This document shows positions 57,483 to 64,000 of a stretch of DNA of 64,000 nucleotides, in pieces (within the stretch, counting starts at the first letter, position 1; the number at the start of each line of letters is the position of its first letter). Below the pieces are notes generated by a model. It worked only from the letters and a program-made list of their open reading frames with translations. It did no database searches and was not told the DNA's origin. Source of the stretch: Vulcanimicrobiota bacterium. GTDB lineage: Bacteria > Vulcanimicrobiota > Vulcanimicrobiia > Vulcanimicrobiales > Vulcanimicrobiaceae. A program made the position numbers and the translations under genes. The stretch is from positions 281,546 to 345,545 of the forward strand of contig CAVWGL010000009.1 in NCBI GenBank assembly GCA_963754565.1, in the 5' to 3' direction.

Positions 57483-58867
57483 GCAAGCTCAATTGCGTCC
57501 TCGTTATTGCTGATGACATGGGTTATGGCGACCTCGGCTTGTTCAACGAGGGCCGGTCCCGGACGCCGAACCTCGACGCTCTCGCCCACGAGGGCATATG
57601 CCTGACCCAGCATTATTCGGGCTCGCCCGTGTGCGCGCCGGCCCGAGCCTGTCTTCTGACCGGCAAGTACCCCCACCGAACAGGTGCCATCGACACTCTT
57701 CAGGGCCGAGGGCTTGACCGTATCGGTCTTGGCGAACGAACAATTGGGGACATCTTTTCTGCCGGGGGGTACCGTACGGGCCTGATCGGGAAATGGCACA
57801 ATGGGGCGCTCGACCCTCGCTTCCACCCTAACGCCCGCGGGTTCGAGGAGTTCATTGGTTTCTGCGGGGGCTACTCCGACTATTACGATTATTATCTGGA
57901 CATAAATGGGACGGAGAAAAAAGGTGATGGCCGCTATCTAACCGACGTACTGACGGACCACGCCATCGAGTTCGTACGTAAGCACCGAAGCGAAGCATTT
58001 TTGCTGGTACTCGCCTACAATGCTCCGCATTTTCCGATGCAGGCGCCAGAAGCTGTTGTGCAGCGGTATATGGAAATGGGCCATACGCGGGGTGCCTCTC
58101 TGACCTACGCCATGATCGAGGTCATGGACGCCGGCATCGGCCGGTTGCTGACCGAGTTACACGACTTGGCGCTGGCCGACGACACTGTTTTCCTTTTCAC
58201 CAGCGACAATGGCCCATACCTGGGTGAGGTGGCTGGCGTGAGCCTGGACCGCTTCAACTTCGGGCTGCGCGGCGCCAAGCATTACGTGTTCGAAGGTGGC
58301 GTCCGGGTCCCGACAATAGTCCGTTGGCCCGCCGAATGGCCGGGAGGCATAGCGGTGGACCACGTGCTCCATTTCGCCGACTGGCTTCCCACGCTGTCCC
58401 GCCTCGCCTCCGTACCGTTGCCCGGCGAGGGCGACCTCGATGGTCAAGACGTTGGCAGTGCGTTGGCGGGCGGGCCGATGCAGACCTATCCCCGGCGGTT
58501 CTGGCAGAACAACCGCTATGCTCCGCACGTCGAGGGTAACGCCGCGGTCCGCCATGGCGATTGGAAATTGGTGAGGCCCCCGATCCCCGAGTTCATGAAG
58601 GTCACGGGTTCTGACCGAATTATCGACCGTGCCCTCAACCTGCACCAGGAAGGGCGAATACTGGAGGTCGACGCCTCTCCTCTGCCCGAGTTCGAGGAGG
58701 CACGCCTGCCACCGCCCATGCTGTTCGATATCGCCGTCGACCCGCTCGAACAAAACGATTTAGCCTCGGCCCATCCGGAAAGGGTGGCAGCCATGACCGC
58801 CGACCTCGAGCGATGGTTCGAGGAGGTGGAACACGACCGCCAGCACAGCTTCTTAGCTTCGGGCTAA
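57479..58867 (+). CDS. Cys-type (formylglycine-dependent) sulfatase
   Basis: VLVIADDMGYGDLG...SPVCAPARACLLTGKYPHRTG carries the C-x-P-x-R signature, followed by GKWHNG. Intact, 462 aa. Confidence 0.9.
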   Translation: MSKLNCVLVIADDMGYGDLGLFNEGRSRTPNLDALAHEGICLTQHYSGSPVCAPARACLLTGKYPHRTGAIDTLQGRGLDRIGLGERTIGDIFSAGGYRTGLIGKWHNGALDPRFHPNARGFEEFIGFCGGYSDYYDYYLDINGTEKKGDGRYLTDVLTDHAIEFVRKHRSEAFLLVLAYNAPHFPMQAPEAVVQRYMEMGHTRGASLTYAMIEVMDAGIGRLLTELHDLALADDTVFLFTSDNGPYLGEVAGVSLDRFNFGLRGAKHYVFEGGVRVPTIVRWPAEWPGGIAVDHVLHFADWLPTLSRLASVPLPGEGDLDGQDVGSALAGGPMQTYPRRFWQNNRYAPHVEGNAAVRHGDWKLVRPPIPEFMKVTGSDRIIDRALNLHQEGRILEVDASPLPEFEEARLPPPMLFDIAVDPLEQNDLASAHPERVAAMTADLERWFEEVEHDRQHSFLASG

Positions 58868-58955
58868 GAGGAGCCCCCAAACCAAGTCCCGCTTCCGGGA
58901 ACCAAGGTCAACCCGCAATATCCAGGAAAAATCCCCTAAAGGAAGGAGTAATACT

Positions 58956-60616
58956 GTGTACAACAGGCAGAAGCGCTCAACAGCGGTACCGCCCGCCCGA
59001 CGGCCACGGCCGGCCCGAAGGTGTGTGGCACTGATAGCGTGCGCCACGACCGCGTTCGGCGTTGCCGGGCTGGGAGGGGTCGCCAGTGCCACACCCTCGC
59101 GGGTGGCGGCGCAAAGCAGTTCCGGCCCCGTGCTGACCTGGGGCCAGGCCGCTGACCCGGGCTCGCTCTGGAACGCCACTGATTTCAATGCCACCGACGG
59201 CGCCCCTATCATGTCCCTCGTCAACCAGGGCCTGCTGACCTTCACGGCCAATAACCAACTCGCACCGGCGCTGGCGTCCTCGTGGAAACAGGTGACGCCG
59301 ACCGATTATGTGTACACCATACGTAAGGGCGTCCGCTTCTCCGACGGCGACCCGCTGACACCCCAGGACGTTGTCTACTCCTTCGACGTGCAGCGCAACC
59401 CGGCGGTGGCCTCGGACGAGTCGACCTTCTTCGCCGACATCAAGAGCGTCACCGCGTCGGGGGACAATGTCACCGTACTGCTCAACAAACCGGACGCCAT
59501 CTGGACCGATATCCCCGCTCACGAGGGTGGCTACATATACGAGCAGAAGAGCCTGCAGGGGCACCTGAAAAACTACGGGACGCCGACGGTGCTGCCGGTC
59601 GGGACCGGACCGTACATGGTCCAGAGTTACACCACCGGGTCCAACATAACGTTGGTCCGGAACCCGTACTACTGGGGACCGAAGCCTTACTATAGCGAAA
59701 TAGTCTTCGACATAATCCCGGACCCGCAGACCCTTTTCCTGGCGCTTGAAGCGGGCAAGGTCGACGGGACGTTCGATGTGCCTACGGGCAACCTGAAGAC
59801 CTGGCAGTCCGTTTCGTCCATACATATAACCAAGTACCCCGCCGACGGGTTCTTCGGGCTGACGTTGGACCAAACGGAAGCTCCCTTCAACAATATCCAC
59901 GTGCGCAAGGCGATCGCTTATGCGACCAACCGGGCCGGGATCGCAGCCGCCGTCTTTGGTAACACGGCCGTCGTGGCCAAGACACTGGACGACCCGCGGA
60001 CGTTCAAGGGCATCCTGTCTGCCACCGAGGTGAACAAGTTGTTCGGCCCATCCCGGCTTATTCGTACAATATCGCCGCGGCCAAGGCGCAAATGGCCGAA
60101 TCGCCGGTACCCAAGGGGTTCACCACGACGCTCAACGTTGCCGGAGATTGCGAGCAGTGCGCTACGATCTCGGAGGCGATGCAGCAGACGCTGGCCCAAA
60201 TCGGTATAAAACTAAATTTGAAGACAATGCCTGGCCCAGCGCGTTTCCAGCTTATCTTGAAGCACGGCCCGGACCTGGGTATCCAGTTGATTGGTAACCT
60301 CGCAGACGTACCAAACCCGATCGAGCTGCCCTGGCTCTATTACGCCAGCGACCAGGCCGTCAAAGGTGGGAACAATTCGTCGAACTTCGACAATGCGACG
60401 GTTGACAAGATCATAAATAACGGGATCGTCGGCACCAATGTTGCCCTGGTGGCGAAAGACGCCCTAGCGGCCGAGACGATCGCCGCTAAGGACGCCGCCA
60501 TGGACCCGATGGTGTACCTCGACGACGTAGCAGCGACCCAGGGCAATCTGACGCTCTCCAACCCGGGTGCGTTCTTCATGGACTACCAGTGGATCAACCA
60601 GCTCCACCGGTCCTGA
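58956..60616 (+). pseudogene. ABC transporter substrate-binding protein, family 5 (peptide/nickel type), one frameshift
   Basis: A signal-like N-terminus is followed by ...LVNQGLLTF...YTIRKGVRFSDGDPLTPQDVVYSF... The C-terminal 174 aa are in another frame, switching near 60048 at GGCCCATCCCGG. Confidence 0.8.
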
Positions 60617-60651
60617 TATAACTCCTATAGATGTTCCGGGAACAAAGTGAA

Positions 60652-60747
60652 GGAGAGACGGCGGCCGCTCGCTCCAGGAGCTTCAGAAAGGTGCCCGCGT
60701 GCATGGCTTTCGTGGCGATAACAGGAGCGAGCGGCCGCCGTCTCTCT
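60652..60747. repeat. long inverted repeat (23-bp GC-rich arms, 48-nt spacer) between the SBP and permease genes
   Basis: GAGAGACGGCGGCCGCTCGCTCC (60653..60675) is the exact reverse complement of GGAGCGAGCGGCCGCCGTCTCTC (60724..60746), with G/T closing positions at 60652 and 60747. Confidence 0.85.
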
Positions 60748-60902
60748 CACGTAGTTCCCGAAGCCTCTGTAATGCGGGGTAGGTCTGGAGGTAGTAGTAG
60801 GTGGGGAAGCCGGGGCGCCGGGATGCCGCCAGTGCCCCGCCTCCGTCGGTCCCTGGCCCACCTCGAGGGGCGTGGTTGAGCCACGGCCCTGGAGGGTGAC
60901 CT

Positions 60903-61901
60903 GTGGGCCGTAGCCGGTTCTGGCGTTACTTCGCCCATCGGCTGCTGCTACTTGTGCCGTTGGCCTTCTTTGTGTCGCTCTTCGTCTTTTTGTTGTCGTC
61001 GATGGTGCCAGGAGGGCCGGTGGCGGCGATTGTAGGGAGCCATCCACTCAGTGAGACGACGATCCAGGAGCTGCGCCAGAAGCTGGGCCTGAACCTCCCG
61101 TTATATGAGCAGTACTGGCACTGGCTGCGCAACGTCTTGTTCCATTTCAACCTCGGCCAGTCGTACATCACGGGCCAGTCGGTCTCGCGAGCTATTGGGT
61201 CGAGAGTCGGCATAACGCTCACGGAGAACATTGGCGGTATCGTCTTCGCCTTGCTCCTGGGCATCCCGCTGGGTGTCCTGGCCGCGCTGCGCCGCGGCGG
61301 CAGGTTGGACCGCCTGGCCGTTGGTTTCACTATCTTCGCGGGCAATTCCCCCTCGTACGTCCTCGCTCTGCTTATGTTGTTCGTCTTCGGTCTGAAACTA
61401 GGGTGGTTCCCCTTGTTCGGAGCGGGCTCCAGCTCGATAGGCGACAGGCTCCATCACCTGGCCCTGCCGATCATCGTCCTGGGCATCGGGGGCATGGCAC
61501 TCATGATGCGCATCACCCGGGCGGCCATGTTGGAGCATCTAGACCAGGATTACGTCCTCTTTGCTCGGGCGCGCGGGTTGTCGAGCTGGAGGGTGATAGT
61601 AGAGTACGCCTTCCGCAATTCCCTCATCCCCATACTTACGGCGTTCGGGTTGCTGCTGATAGGCGTGCTCACCGGTTCGGCCTTCGTAGAGACGGTCTTC
61701 GGGTTGCCCGGACTGGGGGCGCTACTGGTTAATGCCGTCGAACAGGTGGACATCCCGATGATCCAGGGCCTCGTGTTGGTGGTGGCTATCTGGATCGTGA
61801 TCGCCAACATAATCGTCGACCTGATCTATGCATTGGTCGACCCGCGCGTTGGCTTTGGCCGGGCGGCGCGGTCTGATGTCAGTCGTGGCCGCTACCGTTA
61901 G
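60903..61901 (+). CDS. ABC transporter permease (DppB/OppB-like)
   Basis: RYFAHRLLLLVPLAFFVSLFVFLL...DQDYVLFARARGLS...IVDLIYALVDPRV. Intact, 332 aa. Confidence 0.9.
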   Translation: MGRSRFWRYFAHRLLLLVPLAFFVSLFVFLLSSMVPGGPVAAIVGSHPLSETTIQELRQKLGLNLPLYEQYWHWLRNVLFHFNLGQSYITGQSVSRAIGSRVGITLTENIGGIVFALLLGIPLGVLAALRRGGRLDRLAVGFTIFAGNSPSYVLALLMLFVFGLKLGWFPLFGAGSSSIGDRLHHLALPIIVLGIGGMALMMRITRAAMLEHLDQDYVLFARARGLSSWRVIVEYAFRNSLIPILTAFGLLLIGVLTGSAFVETVFGLPGLGALLVNAVEQVDIPMIQGLVLVVAIWIVIANIIVDLIYALVDPRVGFGRAARSDVSRGRYR

Positions 61902-61942
61902 GCCGAAAGCGCGGTACGCGATGGCTCCCCACGGCGCCGTTC

Positions 61943-62743
61943 ATGGTGTACCTGGCGTTTGGGTTCCTGCTTTTCATCCTCGTTTTGGCCCTGTTCGGCA
62001 GCGTCATTTTCCCCGGGTCGCCCAAGACGCAAAACCTGTTCCTCACCTCCCAGCCCCCGAGCGCGAAGTACTGGTTTGGCACGGACGACCTCGGGCGCAA
62101 CGTCTTTGTGCGTGTCGTTGCCGGTTCCCGGACCGCCCTTATTGGCCCGACGTTTATCGCCGTTACTGGCCTGATCGGCTCCAGCATCTTTGGCATTGCC
62201 GCCGGCTACATCGGCGGGGCCGTGGACATGACCATCTCCCGGGCGGTCGATTTCATGTTCTCGCTGCCCGGTCTGTTGATCGCCATCGTCGTCGTGTCGG
62301 TGGTGGGAGGCGGTTACGTCATCGCCGTGTTGGTACTGAGCATCCTCAATGTCCAGGGGGACATCAGGATCGTCCGGAGTGCGGCGGTGAAGCAGCGCAG
62401 CCTGGCCTACATCGAGTCCGCTCGGACACTGGGCGTGCCGCCCAGCCGGATCATGTACCGGCACATTTTCTTGAACATCTTGCCCATCCTGGTGGCTGAC
62501 CTCGCCCTGGACTTTGGCGGGGCGCTGGTAGCCCTGGCGGGCCTGGCCTTCCTCGGTCTAGGTGCGCCCGCCGGGAGCACCGAGTGGGGTTCGATGCTGG
62601 CGGACGGCCAGTCCCTCCTGTTCCAAAACCCGGCCGCGGCTCTCGGCCCCGGCCTGGCGATTGTCTTGTTGGCTGTGAGCTTCAGCCTGATCGGCGACTG
62701 GGTCTACGAACGATTCGCGAAGTCGGTCCGTGGTGACCGATAG
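61943..62743 (+). CDS. ABC transporter permease (DppC/OppC-like)
   Basis: ...YWFGTDDLGRNVFVRVVAGSR...YIESARTLGVPPSRIMYRHIFLNILP... Intact; the start could lie further upstream. Confidence 0.85.
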   Translation: MVYLAFGFLLFILVLALFGSVIFPGSPKTQNLFLTSQPPSAKYWFGTDDLGRNVFVRVVAGSRTALIGPTFIAVTGLIGSSIFGIAAGYIGGAVDMTISRAVDFMFSLPGLLIAIVVVSVVGGGYVIAVLVLSILNVQGDIRIVRSAAVKQRSLAYIESARTLGVPPSRIMYRHIFLNILPILVADLALDFGGALVALAGLAFLGLGAPAGSTEWGSMLADGQSLLFQNPAAALGPGLAIVLLAVSFSLIGDWVYERFAKSVRGDR

Positions 62744-64000
62744 CCCCAATACGCCGCCCGCAGGAAATTTGCTGAGCGTCCGCAACCTGGTTGTGGAGTA
62801 CCAGGGGGCCGGCGGCGTGAAGCCGATCGTGACCGGCATCGACCTCGACGTGAACAACGCCGAGACGGTCGGGATCGTGGGTGAGTCGGGCAGTGGGAAA
62901 TCGCTAAGCGCCCGTGCCATCATGCGGCTGCTGCCCTCGGGCGTACGGTCCTCGGGTTCAGCCATGTTCCGCGGCAGGGACATCTTCTCCTGTCCTCGAG
63001 GCAGATGACGCAACTGCGGGGTTCACAGGTGTCCATGCTGTTCCAGGACCCCTTTACCATGCTGAACCCGGTGTTTCGCGCCGGCCGCCACATTGAAGAG
63101 GTGCTGCGCTCCCGGAGCCGTGATCGCCCCTCCAGGTCAGCCGCCCGGGTCGAGGCCCAACATCGCCTGGACGAGGTTGGCATCACAGATCCCGATGCCA
63201 GCCTGCGCTACCCCTTCCAGCTCTCGGGTGGCATGCGCCAACGTGTCGCTCTAGCCGCCGCTCTCGCCGGCGACCCGGAGCTATTGATCGCCGACGAGCC
63301 GACAACTGCGCTGGATGTAACGACCGAAGCGGAGATCCTGAAGCTGCTCAAGCAAGTCCAGGAACAGCGGGGGATGGGGCTCGTACTGATCACGCACGAC
63401 CTGCGGATCGCCTTCAGTGTGTGTGAGCGCATCTATGTCCTGTACGCCGGCTCGTTGGTCGAGATGGCGCCGTCGTCCCGGCTGCAACAGGAGCCATTGC
63501 ACCCGTATTCGCTGGGTCTGATGCTTTCTGAGCCCGCGGCTGACCGCCGTCAGGCCACCCTTACAAATATCCAGGGTTCGGTGCCATCTCCATCTGAGGT
63601 GAGCGGGATGTGCGCCTTCGCCCCCCGTTGTCGCTGGGCCAATGAGGCATGCCGGTCCGCCAAGCCCGCTCTCACCCAGCTACGTCCAGGAAGGTACTCC
63701 GCTTGCATTCGTGTTGACCAGATCGGCGCCGAGATGGCGGGGATGCGGGTATCGCTTCTCCGGGGCGCCCCGGCGGTGGCGCCCTCGAGCACCGCTGACC
63801 CACTGCTCAGAGTCGATGATGTCTACAAGGTCTTCAACGACAAGACACGACGGGCGGTAAAGGCTCTGTCGGGAGTGACCATCGAGGTCGGGCACAATGA
63901 GAGCGTCGGCTTGGTCGGGGAGTCCGGTTCCGGTAAGTCGACGTTAGGGCGGTGTATCGTCGGCCTCGAGACGGCAAGTACCGGGCGGATAGTGCTTGAC
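62730..64000 (+). pseudogene. ABC transporter ATP-binding protein with two fused ATPase domains (DppD/DppF-like), one frameshift, 3-prime partial
   Basis: Walker A GESGSGKS at about 62880. The frame changes near 62983 (FRGRDI | LLLSSRQMTQLRG...). Then come LSGGMRQRVALA, LLIADEPTTALD and the Cys-rich oligopeptide C-terminal motif. A second Walker A (GESGSGKST) lies near 63920. The ORF continues past the window end. Confidence 0.85.

Noticed and set aside
60631-60879. 82-aa plus-strand ORF in the SBP/permease gap
   Set aside because: It runs straight through both arms of the inverted repeat and has a shadow-type composition. The region is better explained as a structured intergenic element.
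1-64000. Searched by eye for tRNA/rRNA genes, transposase or integrase genes, att-type direct repeats flanking the relaxase region, and riboswitch-like leaders
   Set aside because: None were recognised. The T-loop consensus GGTTCGAATCC and rRNA signatures were not seen. Absence cannot be proven without tRNAscan/Rfam scans.

Overview
This is a high-GC, gene-dense window that looks actinobacterial. The pointers are F420-type LLM and PPOX enzymes, HelD, an Eis-like acetyltransferase, a coupled hemE-hemY pair, ArsR/TetR/XRE regulators and NlpC/P60.

Layout from left to right:
- 1-4100: an island of small genes (HicA-like/HTH pair, zinc-ribbon ORFs, XRE regulator).
- 4138-25241: map, a lipoprotein, VOC/TetR and NHL/TetR modules, an ArsR-SRPBCC pair, an MBL-fold hydrolase, a large kinase-like/LPG_synthase_TM membrane gene, an LLM oxidoreductase, a UbiB-type kinase, a short gene-decay stretch (truncated ECF sigma, ABC-2 fragment, gutted FAD oxidoreductase), an alpha/beta hydrolase, YCII, a wHTH regulator and a purple-acid-phosphatase-like enzyme.
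- 25345-32854: an intact 892-aa GGDEF/EAL protein, an MFS transporter, a GNAT and proS.
- 32956-43898: a GtrA-methyltransferase-GT4-methyltransferase-prenyltransferase-like envelope operon, hemY/hemE, HelD and an Eis-like gene.
- 43947-47405: csrA followed by a principal-type sigma factor, a lipoprotein and an LPG_synthase_TM protein.
- 47443-53119: a MobF-type relaxase divergent from three T4SS-like membrane genes.
- 53280-64000: PPOX, NlpC/P60, an enolase-superfamily enzyme, a sulfatase and a Dpp/Opp-type ABC operon that runs off the 3-prime end.

No rRNA, tRNA, CRISPR array, transposase or integrase was recognised.

Most notable non-standard signals:
1. Four tandem units, each a strong Shine-Dalgarno site plus an identical heptapeptide mini-ORF (MRSFAVD), lie in the leader of the MFS gene. 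They differ only by synonymous changes.
2. A canonical CsrA sits in an actinobacterial context.
3. By manual count, roughly 30 reading-frame breaks are spread over about 20 otherwise well-conserved genes, including hemE and hemY. This means either assembly indels or genuine genome decay.
4. There are several short tandem or inverted repeat arrays in regulatory positions: an 18-bp x6-7 array, a 16-bp x3.4 array beside the relaxase, GGTCAGGCTC x4, a 29-nt perfect palindrome and a 23-bp-stem inverted repeat inside the ABC operon.

All functional calls rest on motif and sequence-family recognition by eye. No searches were run.
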